From a bacterium (GTDB lineage: Bacteria; Electryoneota; RPQS01; DYHQ01), in assembly GCA_030622545.1 (NCBI GenBank), contig JAUXGA010000011.1, forward strand, positions 18,214-82,213: DNA of 64,000 nucleotides. The letters run 5' to 3'. Positions 28,397 to 37,855 of this stretch are shown one piece after another. The notes beneath the pieces were generated by a model. The model did not search any database. It had not been told where the DNA came from and was given only the letters and a program-made list of their open reading frames with translations. The stretch's first letter is position 1. Every line of letters starts with the position of its first letter. Position numbers and translations under genes: made by a program.

Positions 28397-29677
28397 TTAG
28401 AAATTCTGTGCGATGCCTCCTTTCCTTTTCAGCAATACATACGGCCCTTGAGGAATGACGTTCAGTCTCGCACCGGAATCCGCCCTCTCCAGCGCTCCTC
28501 GAACGTCCTCCGTCAGGTCATTCGTAAATGAGAACACCGCGCCTTCGTATTCTTCCCGAAGGCGCGGCGAATAAACAATCACGCTACCTTTTTTCAGCAC
28601 TCGGCAGAGTTCTTCCAATTGCCACTGATCAACTTTGACCTCAGAACGCCGGGTGATGCGATTCAGATATTCATCGGCGTCATCAATCGTCGCCAGTTCT
28701 TCTCGAAACGGCGGACTTCCGAGCCCCTCGCAACACTCAGCGACAAGGAACAGCGTTCCGCCGGATTTTAAGGCTGGTAGTGCCGCCGTCAAACCTTTCA
28801 CCGCCTGATAAAACGTCGCATCCAGCGGCCAACCTGCAGATGTCGCGACCACAACATCCGCCTCTTCACATTCGACTTCCTGACACTGGCGGCAAAACGC
28901 GATGCCGGTATCGTGAGCCTTAACCGGATGCCCCGCGAAGACGCCGGTAATTTCCCGCGCTTCGTTTAGAGCAACGTTGATAATAAAATCTATGCCCACT
29001 TCCTGAGCAATCGCGCGCACGGTGTCTTGCAGTGGATTTTCCGCCACGACGCCTTCGCGGCAGCGCGGATCTTCTAAAAATTTCGGACTGTGCAAGGCTC
29101 GGATAGTTTCCGCTCCCGCAACTCCCGGCGCCACCAATTTGCATCCCCCTGAGAAACCCGCCATCAGGTGCGGCTCAATAAGTCCGGTCAATATTTTCAA
29201 ATCCGCGCCCTGCAAGGTGCGCGAAATCCAGAGCGGAATTCCTTCTACGTCGCCGACATACGCTAAATCTTCCTGCTGCTCTGCGCGATGATTCACGACG
29301 CGATAGTCTTCAGCAATTCGCCACCCAAGGCTCTCGATAACTTCCGTTTCGCTCATCGGCCGGTGTAACCCGCACGCAAAAAGAAGCATTATCTTTTCCC
29401 GCGGGATTCCCGCTCTTTCGATACTCTTCAGAAGCGGCGGTAAGATAATCTTGTGCGGGACAGGCCGTGTGAAATCCGACAAGACGATAACCGCGCTTGA
29501 CTTTTTCTTGGCGATTTCCCGAAGCGGCGGAGTTCCAACAGGCTCGGCGAGCGCTCTCTCGATATGACGCGCCGGTTTATCAAGAGCAGGAGTCGGCCCA
29601 GCCGCGAGCACGTTTGCTCTTAGCGGCAGCTCGAGCGTTACATGCGTGCGTCCAAAAGACAGTGTTGCCGATGGCAT
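28397..29677 (-). CDS. Lactate-racemase-like protein (LarA family, nickel-pincer-nucleotide dependent)
   Basis: 426 aa; conserved LarA-like segments (LFACGLHRPM, GLIEPHLMAGFSGGCKL, VVATSAGWPLD); no larB/larC/larE nearby. Confidence 0.65.
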   Translation of the reverse strand: MPSATLSFGRTHVTLELPLRANVLAAGPTPALDKPARHIERALAEPVGTPPLREIAKKKSSAVIVLSDFTRPVPHKIILPPLLKSIERAGIPREKIMLLFACGLHRPMSETEVIESLGWRIAEDYRVVNHRAEQQEDLAYVGDVEGIPLWISRTLQGADLKILTGLIEPHLMAGFSGGCKLVAPGVAGAETIRALHSPKFLEDPRCREGVVAENPLQDTVRAIAQEVGIDFIINVALNEAREITGVFAGHPVKAHDTGIAFCRQCQEVECEEADVVVATSAGWPLDATFYQAVKGLTAALPALKSGGTLFLVAECCEGLGSPPFREELATIDDADEYLNRITRRSEVKVDQWQLEELCRVLKKGSVIVYSPRLREEYEGAVFSFTNDLTEDVRGALERADSGARLNVIPQGPYVLLKRKGGIAQNF

Positions 29678-29678
29678 T

Positions 29679-31415
29679 TTACTTCACCAATACCAAACGC
29701 TGCACAGCTCGTTTCCCGTCCGCTTTCAAGTGCGCGAAGAAAACGCCGCTCGCTTGACTCGGCGCGGTCCACGAAATGCGATGCGAACCTGCCGGAACAG
29801 TCTTTCCTTGAATCAATGTCTCCACTTGGCGGCCTAAAATATCATAAATCACCAGTGATACTTTCGTCGGTGCTTTCAGTTCAAAAGGAATCACCGTTGT
29901 CCCATTGAACGGATTGGGAAAAGCGGGCAACAAACAAAACGTAACCGCAGAAACAGGATTCGACGGCGGCGCATTGGAGAAATCCACATGAAGCGGACGC
30001 CAAGGAATTATCGGTGTCGTTGCAATATCCGCGTACGAGACTTCCTGATAAATCATCAGATTCAAACTCGGGTTATCGCTTTCGATTCCGATATCGCTTT
30101 CATAGAAAAGATGCAGCCACCCATCTACGATTTCAGCTAAGGAAGCATCGCGTTCATGCGCCGATACTTGTCCACTGCCCAGCGACTGCGTCAGGTTCGT
30201 TCCTTCTGCCCAAGACATGCCGCCATCAGTCGAAACCGTCGCCCAGATATCAGCCGCGCGGAATCCACTTGGCGAAATATCTTCCTGATTGGTGCGCATA
30301 TACGAGCAATAGAGATAGCCCATTGTGGGATCGATTCCCATCGAGGGCTGCTGCACGATGCGATCCATACCGCCGGGAAGAGAGCCGTCGATTTCCTGCC
30401 AGCCCTCAGCGAGCGGCGAGAAAACTCCCGTCTCTTCGTTCCAGTACCATATCATACTGGCTTGGTCTGTGGTCAAACCTTCAATCGCCCAGTAACCGAC
30501 AGTCGTGAACGCCACATGCAGGTAATCCTGCTCGTCGAAGAACAGCGCGCAATCGTTGAACGCTCGCAGCGTGTCCTGATTCGCGCGGACCGTATCCGGC
30601 AGTTCGTTCAAATCCGGCGGCAGGAAAGAAGTCAGATTTATCACGTCTCCCCACGTCTCGCCTCCGTCCTCCGACAGCATCAGAAAAATATCGTTGTTGT
30701 AAGCATGATAGAAGCCTTCGTGGTCCGGCTGTAACTGGCTCCAACCAAGAGCGACTCTTGGCGAGTGGCGCGCACAAGCGATGTTGTGAGATGACACAAG
30801 CTGCGCTCCGACTCGCACCGCATCCGTGCCTTCAAATTGCCCCGAATTCGTATCATACGTCGCCGATGAATACCAGATGTCGAACGAATCCGCTTCCATC
30901 GTCATGCCGGTAAAAATCGAATGAATGCGGCCGTTTGTGTCGCGCGCGATGTGAGGTTCAATCATCATCGACGGCTGAGCGGGGAATTCAAAACAGTCGA
31001 AAACACAGACTCCCGACATGTAATCGACGCACACGTGAGCATGCGCGCTCATGCCGCCGTTCCCATGGTACGCGATGATGCCGTTGCCTCCCTGCAGCAC
31101 GGCAAGACTGGGATACCCGCCGCGACTGGAACCGTCGGCCAAACAGCCTCCCGGCATCATCCATTCGCCTTCCGCCGTGCGCATATTGTAGTAGATGTGC
31201 CGCTGCTGCGGGGGAACGTTGTCATCCATCGCATTCATCCACGCGACATGGATGGAGCCAAACGCATCGAGCGCGATGATGCGTCCGACTTCACCGCTGT
31301 GCTGACGGCTCGTGTGCGTTGTACCTACCGTATCTACGAAACCCAGCGGATCCGCAAATAAAACTCCTGATGCTGCAAAGCTTAGGAATATGCAGACCAA
31401 ACAAACGCGAAGCAT
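29679..31415 (-). CDS. T9SS-CTD secreted protein, paralog of the 47919..49922 product (BNR/beta-propeller-like)
   Basis: Start at MLRVCLVCIFLSFAASG (AGGAGA 8 nt upstream); shares VGTTxxxxQHxG, VxVxWMNx, RxxYYN blocks with 47919..49922 product; C-terminus FPNPFNGTTVIPFEL...FFAHLKADGKRAVQRLVLVK. Confidence 0.7.
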   Translation of the reverse strand: MLRVCLVCIFLSFAASGVLFADPLGFVDTVGTTHTSRQHSGEVGRIIALDAFGSIHVAWMNAMDDNVPPQQRHIYYNMRTAEGEWMMPGGCLADGSSRGGYPSLAVLQGGNGIIAYHGNGGMSAHAHVCVDYMSGVCVFDCFEFPAQPSMMIEPHIARDTNGRIHSIFTGMTMEADSFDIWYSSATYDTNSGQFEGTDAVRVGAQLVSSHNIACARHSPRVALGWSQLQPDHEGFYHAYNNDIFLMLSEDGGETWGDVINLTSFLPPDLNELPDTVRANQDTLRAFNDCALFFDEQDYLHVAFTTVGYWAIEGLTTDQASMIWYWNEETGVFSPLAEGWQEIDGSLPGGMDRIVQQPSMGIDPTMGYLYCSYMRTNQEDISPSGFRAADIWATVSTDGGMSWAEGTNLTQSLGSGQVSAHERDASLAEIVDGWLHLFYESDIGIESDNPSLNLMIYQEVSYADIATTPIIPWRPLHVDFSNAPPSNPVSAVTFCLLPAFPNPFNGTTVIPFELKAPTKVSLVIYDILGRQVETLIQGKTVPAGSHRISWTAPSQASGVFFAHLKADGKRAVQRLVLVK

Positions 31416-31484
31416 AGCTTTCTCTCCTCTTTGCGTATATTCTCCCACTGCTTGCGGGGGAACAAAAGGGGGGCGACCTTAAAT

Positions 31485-31556
31485 TTCCGACCGGGTTACG
31501 CGCGATAAATTCCTCGGTTGGTATACAGAGAGTAGCGCTGAACCCGGCTCGGCGAG
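31485..31556. repeat. Family B ~70-bp inverted-repeat element, copy 2 (reverse orientation)
   Basis: ttccgaccgggttacgcgcgat...gcgctgaacccggctcggcgag is the reverse complement of the 25214 and 33868 copies. Confidence 0.65.
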
Positions 31557-31571
31557 ATATCCGAAGTATCG

Positions 31572-32429
31572 TTACGGGCTTAGAATGACCGGCAACCCGT
31601 CTTTGCCCGAGCCGATGATAACCATTTTTGCGTTCGCTGATTCAGCCAGTTTCGCCGTCGCTTCGATGCCTTTCCATCGCAGCAGTCCTTCAGTAATATC
31701 CCGCATGACGATCTTCTGGAAATCCGAAATACCCTTCGCTTCGATGCGTTTACGTTCGGCTTCCTGCGTTTCCTTGGCGATAACAAATTCCATGCGCCGG
31801 GCTTCGTTCTCAGCAGCGGTGACCTGCTCGATAGCTTTCCGCACTTCATTCGGCGGTGTCACTTCCCGCAGAAGCACCTTCTCTATCGTGACTCCTTTCT
31901 CGAGCAGGATAGGCGCCGCCGCTTCGATGATAGAGCTGGCGACGAGCGTTCTTGAGGATGTGTAGAGAAACATCGGTTCGAACAGCGCCGTTACCGCACG
32001 CAATTCAGAGCGCATGAGGGGTCCAACAACCGTGATTGCATAATTAACCGAGAGCTCTCGATAGACCTTCGGAGCCGTCGCCGGGTTGAGCCGGTACCAA
32101 ACGGAAATATCCATCCGCAGATTCAGTCCGTTCTTCGCGGGGACTTCGGCTGTTTCTTTCAGCTCCTGAAGCTGAATGTTCATCATAATGATACGCGCCC
32201 AAGGGAGCTTGGCTCGCAGACCGCTTTCCAGTGATGTCGCTTGGACTTTCCCAAAAACATCCACGACTCCTACATGCCCCGCTGGAATGATGACCATTCC
32301 TGTCGCAGCGAGTAGAATAATAAACAGCACGCCTCCCCCTCCTAATATCGTTTTCCTCATGTGAGGCACCGACATCGCGCCTAAGATGGCGCCGATAATA
32401 ATAATTATGGCAATTACGAAAAATTCCAT
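31572..32429 (-). CDS. SPFH/band-7 (stomatin/prohibitin-like) membrane protein
   Basis: N-terminal TM helix, PAGHVGVVDVFGKV start of SPFH domain, charged coiled-coil C-terminus (ENEARRMEFVIAKETQEAERKRIEAKG). Confidence 0.8.
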   Translation of the reverse strand: MEFFVIAIIIIIGAILGAMSVPHMRKTILGGGGVLFIILLAATGMVIIPAGHVGVVDVFGKVQATSLESGLRAKLPWARIIMMNIQLQELKETAEVPAKNGLNLRMDISVWYRLNPATAPKVYRELSVNYAITVVGPLMRSELRAVTALFEPMFLYTSSRTLVASSIIEAAAPILLEKGVTIEKVLLREVTPPNEVRKAIEQVTAAENEARRMEFVIAKETQEAERKRIEAKGISDFQKIVMRDITEGLLRWKGIEATAKLAESANAKMVIIGSGKDGLPVILSP

Positions 32430-32553
32430 GATGAATCTCCTTTGATTCTATGTTGTAGTGTTTGCAGTATTTCTGACCCTGCACGGGTAAAAAATAAACG
32501 AAACCTCCGCCCCTTAGAGCGCGATGTTACGTTTCTCTATAGTCTATGGAATC

Positions 32554-33450
32554 TCAAAACATCTCGACGATGCGTATCGGAATCGTCGCCGGACGATAGC
32601 CTTCATCGGCGACCACTTTTTGACCTGCATTTGAGACAATAAAGGTGAGGAAACCCGCCGCCACATCCTGCTTCTTCCGGTTTGTGACATAGGTAAGGGT
32701 GAGCGCAAACGGATAGCGCGGTTTTTCGACGATGGTTTTTATATTCGGAGGAATTTCGATATTGCCGACTCGCCACCAGAGCTTGCGCAGGGATGTTTTC
32801 TGAATCGGAATCGATACCACCGCTAACGCTCCCGGATCCGCCTCGGCTTTTTCGATAAGCTCAGCGTGCGTCGAACACGTTACCGCGATGACCGTATCCA
32901 AGAAACCGAAGTAATTCATGCAAGTTTCCCAGCTCCCTTCTCCCGGCAGCGAGATATACGGATGGCAGGGGATGTTTGGCCCGCCCGCTTCTTTCCAGTT
33001 GTCCCATGCTCCCGTCATAAAGTTTCGCAGCGCAACCGAATCGATGGCGCGCAAAGGATTTTCGCTGTGCACTCCGAAATAAAGCGGCACCGACGCTATG
33101 GCGTATGAAAAAATCGGGATATCATGCTCAGCCGCCGCCAGAGATTCGGCTTTTATCAGCGGCCTGTCCAGAAAAATCTCCTCTATCGTACCGAACAGCA
33201 ACGATTCCACAGCCGCACGCGTCCGCAATGAACCGAAATCAATCCGCGCGTCGGTGTAAAAGCTTTCAAAGCTCTTGGAGAGTTCAACTCCTAAATGTTC
33301 CGCCGACGACGATGCGTAAAGAAAAGCGGAACCCGTCGTCGGACTCGTCTTTTTCTGGGCAGGGCCGCACCCGGCGAGCCACAGGATGCTCAAAGCGGCA
33401 ACAACAAGGCTACACAGATTTCGATTCATGATTTCCCGTGGATGTTTCAT
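32554..33450 (-). CDS. Periplasmic substrate-binding lipoprotein (PBP superfamily, possibly PstS/phosphate-binding-like)
   Basis: Lipobox LAGCGP after signal; two-lobe PBP-like composition; weak assignment. Confidence 0.45.
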   Translation of the reverse strand: MKHPREIMNRNLCSLVVAALSILWLAGCGPAQKKTSPTTGSAFLYASSSAEHLGVELSKSFESFYTDARIDFGSLRTRAAVESLLFGTIEEIFLDRPLIKAESLAAAEHDIPIFSYAIASVPLYFGVHSENPLRAIDSVALRNFMTGAWDNWKEAGGPNIPCHPYISLPGEGSWETCMNYFGFLDTVIAVTCSTHAELIEKAEADPGALAVVSIPIQKTSLRKLWWRVGNIEIPPNIKTIVEKPRYPFALTLTYVTNRKKQDVAAGFLTFIVSNAGQKVVADEGYRPATIPIRIVEMF

Positions 33451-33706
33451 GTTCCTTCTTCAAAAACTTTTTTCGTTGTCCCCCGTAAGGACGGCGTTTT
33501 TCAGGCGGCACGAAAAGAAAAACCGAACCGCGATACAACCCGAAAAGAATCGTCACCAATCCTAACATAGGCCGCATCCCGGTCCCTTCCGGCAGTCCCG
33601 GGAAAATCCACCCCAGCAGAATGCCTGCCCCAAACACTAAAAAGAGAATCGGCAAACCAAGACGAAGCAATTTCATTTGACCCATTATAAAACTTATACT
33701 AGGCAA
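33410..33706 (-). CDS. Small hydrophobic membrane protein (hypothetical)
   Basis: 98-aa ORF; two predicted TM segments (LLRLGLPILFLVFGAGILLGWIF; MLGLVTILFGLY); may start at internal MKLLRL. Confidence 0.35.
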   Translation of the reverse strand: MPSISFIMGQMKLLRLGLPILFLVFGAGILLGWIFPGLPEGTGMRPMLGLVTILFGLYRGSVFLFVPPEKRRPYGGQRKKFLKKEHETSTGNHESKSV

Positions 33707-33867
33707 TACGCTCCCGCGTATTGTACGCGCGTCCCCACAATGCGAACAAATTCGAGCTCTCCAACACGCAGGAGCGTGTTGGCTAGTGATGGTTAGGAAG
33801 AGTTAATGCGGTGTTGGCTGCTTGCAGCTGACCCATTCCCGTTCTGACAAACGAACGAATTCTTCAT

Positions 33868-33936
33868 CGCCGAGCCGGGTTCAGCGCAAGTTCCCGTATG
33901 CCAAACGATACAACTATCGCGCGTAACCCGGCCGGA
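33868..33936. repeat. Family B ~70-bp inverted-repeat element, copy 3
   Basis: cgccgagccgggttcagcgcaagttcccgtatgccaaacgatacaactatcgcgcgtaacccggccgga. Confidence 0.65.
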
Positions 33937-33950
33937 ACTAACGAGAATCC

Positions 33951-33983
33951 GCCGCGAGTGGGTGCCCCCACCCCTCGCGCAAT
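33951..33983. repeat. Palindromic repeat family C (GCCGCGAGTGGGTGCCCCCACCCCTCGCGCAAT)
   Basis: CGCGAGTGGGTG / CACCCCTCGCG arms form a hairpin; adjacent to family B copy. Confidence 0.6.
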
Positions 33984-34054
33984 TACCTCACCGCGAAAAT
34001 CGCAAGAACAGGGATAGAATATATGAGGAAACAGAATATGTGTTTCATTTTACA

Positions 34055-34083
34055 TAAAAAAGCCTCCCTTTCGAGAGGCTGTT
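34055..34083 (-). terminator. Rho-independent terminator of tonB (AACAGCCTCTCGAAAGGGAGGCTTTTTT on minus strand)
   Basis: GCCTC/GAGGC stem immediately 3' of tonB stop followed by T6. Confidence 0.55.
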
Positions 34084-34087
34084 GAAT

Positions 34088-34831
34088 TTACTTCTTGAAT
34101 TCAAAATTGAATGGAATCGCTATCCAGACTCCCACAGGATTGTTCTGCTGAATCGCCGGTGTGAATTTCCATTTCTGGATAACTTTGAGAACCTCCTCTT
34201 CGAAGCCCAGACCAGCCGGTTTGGCCGCCATGATTTCCCACTGCTTCACGTCGCCTTTTTTGTCCACGTACACCTTGACGACGACCTTGCCCTTCACGCC
34301 CGCCGTCTTCGCCATTTCCGGATAATCCGGCTTTGGATTCACAATCGGCGCCGGCGCTATTTCATAGGGTGTGAACACACTCGAGGCAGGTATCAAATCC
34401 AAGTCGAGCTCCTGAATCACCAATTCGATATCATCGCCGCCGAAAAGCGTCGTGTCTTCGACGGGAGTGGCAGCAATCGCGAGCTCTTCTTGAGACAGGA
34501 TTGTCACTTCTTCCTTCGCCTCTTCGTCCGGAATCGCCACAGGTTTTGCCGCTGCCGGAGGAGCAATCCTCGGTGCGGCTACTTTGATTGATGGCGGAAC
34601 CGTCTTGTCCGTAATCGAAGGCGGCGCTCCGAGCATGGACGGATCCAAGATGACGATGCGTTTCGGTCCGGCCGGCTTTCGACTTAGAATATTCGCAACG
34701 ACAAACGAACCGATAGCCGTCCCATGAAGGCCTACCGATATGGCGAGCCCAATCCAGAGATAACGGCTCAAGTATTTTTTCAATTCAAAAGAACCGTAAC
34801 GGTCTTTTGTTACTTCTTCATAAACATCCAT
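34088..34831 (-). CDS. tonB: TonB-family energy transducer (N-terminal TM anchor, Pro/Ala-rich spacer, C-terminal TonB domain)
   Basis: LWIGLAISVGLHGTAIGSFVV TM; PxP-rich linker APRIAPPAAAKPVAIPDEE; C-terminal PxYPxxA-like PDYPEMAKTAGVKGKVVVKVYVDKKGDV. Confidence 0.75.
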   Translation of the reverse strand: MDVYEEVTKDRYGSFELKKYLSRYLWIGLAISVGLHGTAIGSFVVANILSRKPAGPKRIVILDPSMLGAPPSITDKTVPPSIKVAAPRIAPPAAAKPVAIPDEEAKEEVTILSQEELAIAATPVEDTTLFGGDDIELVIQELDLDLIPASSVFTPYEIAPAPIVNPKPDYPEMAKTAGVKGKVVVKVYVDKKGDVKQWEIMAAKPAGLGFEEEVLKVIQKWKFTPAIQQNNPVGVWIAIPFNFEFKK

Positions 34832-34982
34832 AATCCGCCTCCTATGCGGCCTTGCTACTAATATATTAAAGCCAGCTTACAGTCTGTAAAAAAGGAGCGA
34901 TAAACGAATTATGGCTCCAATGCATTTTACCAAGACTTCTTCAGACTATCGTTTCATTGAATATCGCACTTGAACTGAAGCT

Positions 34983-36086
34983 CTACTCCAAATCATTTTG
35001 AGGTGAATGGCCATCCTCGAAAGACACGCTAGAAATAAGACTATTCACCCACTCGACTGGCGTAGCCCAATAGCAACATGACTCTGAATCCCTAACCTGC
35101 CAAATAGCTACGCCAATTACTTCACCCTCTGCATTGACTAATGGACTGCCACCGAGCGCTCTGTTAATCGGGGCATTAAACTGAATAACGGTTCCATAAT
35201 TATCAATCATAGGAATCGCGGTTACAAAACCACTTGAAACTATATAAGGAGACTCTATTGGATTTCCAATTACATGTATCTGATCCCCACCCTTTGGATA
35301 ACCTACATTTACTGGTAAAAGATCGATTGACTCCGGGAAATCTTTAAGCTGAACAATAACGAGATTATGATCCTGATCTTCAGCAAGAATGTTCTTAACC
35401 TCATATCGATTATTAGCAATGCCTATTTCAATATGCTCAGCTCCATCAAGTAAATGCCACGTGGTAACGAACCACCCTCTTTCATTAATAAAAAAGCCGC
35501 TTCCTTGAAAGCGACTTTCTGATCCATCCAGTTCTTTCGTCGCAATCACAGTAGCCACGGAAATACAGGTGTTTGATTTGTGTGCAGTTAAATTCTGCGA
35601 GTTGCTGCTGACATCTTCAATGGACGCAAATGAAGAGGATTGAAAATCCACTTGTGCTTGTGAGGAGCACTGAATCTCCTCGATTAACGGTGTGATTCTT
35701 GTTTCGTCAAATACCTCTTGTGATTCATGAATACTCAATAACGCTTGATTTGCAGACGTGTTAATGGATGTCTTCTCTTGCGCATAGGAATCTATCCCAA
35801 TAATTAAGGAAGCAACAAGAAAAGTAAGAATATAGGCTAGTTTATATTTCTGGACCCGCCTTAAGAATAAAAAACACTGTTTTTCAATAATATCAACCCT
35901 TTTCACACTTACCGCTTTCTGAATAAGTCCCGAAAGCAATTCATCAACGTAACTCAACCTGCGTTCTACTTTCATCGGGATGATTCTTTTGTGATGGCTT
36001 ATGTAATGTGATAGTGAAAATATCTGAAACATGGTTCCATCCGTGTTGTTTTGTGGGGGAACTTGACGACGCACAATGCCTCTCAT
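34983..36086 (-). CDS. Membrane-anchored trypsin-like (S1/HtrA-type, no PDZ) serine protease homolog, copy B; noncanonical Ser motif
   Basis: His motif FVTTWHLL, Asp motif DQDHNLVIV, Ser-region ALGGSPLVNAEGEVIGVA lacks canonical GxSGxP; ~45-aa cytoplasmic N-tail then TM (AYILTFLVASLIIGI); lies in AT-richer island. Confidence 0.65.
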   Translation of the reverse strand: MRGIVRRQVPPQNNTDGTMFQIFSLSHYISHHKRIIPMKVERRLSYVDELLSGLIQKAVSVKRVDIIEKQCFLFLRRVQKYKLAYILTFLVASLIIGIDSYAQEKTSINTSANQALLSIHESQEVFDETRITPLIEEIQCSSQAQVDFQSSSFASIEDVSSNSQNLTAHKSNTCISVATVIATKELDGSESRFQGSGFFINERGWFVTTWHLLDGAEHIEIGIANNRYEVKNILAEDQDHNLVIVQLKDFPESIDLLPVNVGYPKGGDQIHVIGNPIESPYIVSSGFVTAIPMIDNYGTVIQFNAPINRALGGSPLVNAEGEVIGVAIWQVRDSESCCYWATPVEWVNSLISSVSFEDGHSPQNDLE

Positions 36087-36147
36087 ATATCGTCAAGCCG
36101 CGCCATTCATTTAATTAACAAAACTCACCCAGTCCGAGATCGGCCAA

Positions 36148-37116
36148 TTACTTTTTTGATCGCCGACATTTGATCCCAACTTCCTTTAAAAGATCGTGAA
36201 CCCTCCTGATCGGAACAGCTAGAAATAGACCTTTTTCCTGACCTTGTATGTCTATCAATTTCCAAGTCGCGACCCCAATAACCTCTCTATCGGAATTCAC
36301 CAATGGAGATCCCGAGTAACCCTCCCCGACCGGTGCATTAAATTCTATTAAAAAATCAATGCCAGATGTTAAGTTGTCGCATATCGATGTGACAAATCCG
36401 TTCGAGTTAGTCGGAGCGGTTTCAAGTGGCACTCGCGTGGCAATTACCCAATCGTTAACCTTTGGACACTCCATATTCCATGGTAATAAGGGCGGTACCG
36501 CAACCACGAGATTTGTAACACAAGCTATAGCTAAATCATGTTTGGAGTCCTCAATTATTATCGAATCAATCCAACAGTGGTGCCCCGCAGTATGTACATC
36601 AACATGGTGTGCTCCCTTGATGCAATGTAAATTCGTTGCTAACCAGCCTCGATCGTTGACAAAAAATCCCGAGGCTTCAGACTTGCTTAGCTTTTCCCCT
36701 TCTTTCCTGATAGTTCGAATAGTCACGAGTGATTGGGATACTTCAAAGGAAATATCTTCAGCTAATCTAACTCTTCTGAGCAAATACGTAGGTGAAGACA
36801 CCAAAGACGCTGATATCTTCCCATCTGTGGAAGATAAAAAGTTGCCTCCTTGAAAGCCTAGAACTCCCCTTCTAAATATAGGGATGATTCCATCAAAATG
36901 CAACTCATTTTTTGCCAGAGAAAATTCTGTTGTCCATGGGTCACCAGTAATTGTAACCATGTTACTTATAGGCAATAGAGCACATTCTTGAGCATTTATG
37001 TTAGAAATAAGACAAATTAGGCAGACTAATAGGATAATTGCTCTATTTTCCAACGAATCACACGAATTGCACGTATTTCTCGTGAAGAAATGGCGTAGAG
37101 TCATAAAATTAATCAA
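36148..37116 (-). CDS. Membrane-anchored trypsin-like (S1) serine protease, copy A (canonical triad)
   Basis: LATNLHCI (His), KHDLAIACV (Asp), GYSGSPLVNSDREVIGVA (GxSGxP Ser); N-terminal tail with CNSC then TM IILLVCLICLISNI; AT-richer than flanks. Confidence 0.7.
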   Translation of the reverse strand: MINFMTLRHFFTRNTCNSCDSLENRAIILLVCLICLISNINAQECALLPISNMVTITGDPWTTEFSLAKNELHFDGIIPIFRRGVLGFQGGNFLSSTDGKISASLVSSPTYLLRRVRLAEDISFEVSQSLVTIRTIRKEGEKLSKSEASGFFVNDRGWLATNLHCIKGAHHVDVHTAGHHCWIDSIIIEDSKHDLAIACVTNLVVAVPPLLPWNMECPKVNDWVIATRVPLETAPTNSNGFVTSICDNLTSGIDFLIEFNAPVGEGYSGSPLVNSDREVIGVATWKLIDIQGQEKGLFLAVPIRRVHDLLKEVGIKCRRSKK

Positions 37117-37234
37117 ATAAACTCCCCTTAAAGAAGTAGATCGTAAATTTCTATTCTTCGGTAAATATGACAGCAGAGAAGATCCTTGTACTCCAAATCT
37201 CCTTCTTCACCTTTTTAACGATCAAATCGCCTGA

Positions 37235-37843
37235 TTAGTGCCCGCTTTCAATTTCTCTTTGGGCTTCTTCGATTTCTCCCGCCGCAGCAGCAGCTTCGGC
37301 TTCTGCGACGACCGCCATGCAATTGGCGGGGATATTCGCCAACCGCAGCACGGAATCATCCGCGAAGGTATATCGGTCAAGGCTGAAACGGGTCGTCTTT
37401 GCCACGTTGAACTCGTCAATAAGATCGACCATGCTCTTATAATTCGCCTTTCGGCAGACGCGAGCGACGACAATCAGACGACTCCGTCCTTCTTTGTCAA
37501 GGCCAACAAACGCCCTGCGTTCCAGCAGTTTGGCGCGCAGAGAATCCCATTCCAAGGGAATAGGCAGGTCGTTTCCAACATTATAAAACAATTCATCGGT
37601 TTCGATAACCCGCAAGGTCAGAAGTCGGGATTCGCCGACCTCCAACTCCATGGCAACTTCGCTCTCCGGGGGCAAGTTGATTTCCATAGCTTGGGGCAAC
37701 CGGAAAACCGTGGTGACCATAAAGAAGACGAGCAGTAGAAAAGCGATATCCACCATCGGTGTCATATCAATCCGGATGGCGACTCGAGGTCGCTTCCACG
37801 CCTTTCCGCTTCGATCTTTTGGTCCTGCAACATCACCAGCCAT
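37235..37843 (-). CDS. exbD: Biopolymer transport protein ExbD/TolR (with C-terminal Ala/Glu-rich tail)
   Basis: IDMTPMVDIAFLLLVFFMVTT signature TM segment of ExbD/TolR. Confidence 0.8.
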   Translation of the reverse strand: MAGDVAGPKDRSGKAWKRPRVAIRIDMTPMVDIAFLLLVFFMVTTVFRLPQAMEINLPPESEVAMELEVGESRLLTLRVIETDELFYNVGNDLPIPLEWDSLRAKLLERRAFVGLDKEGRSRLIVVARVCRKANYKSMVDLIDEFNVAKTTRFSLDRYTFADDSVLRLANIPANCMAVVAEAEAAAAAGEIEEAQREIESGH

Positions 37844-37855
37844 ACGAAATCCTCC

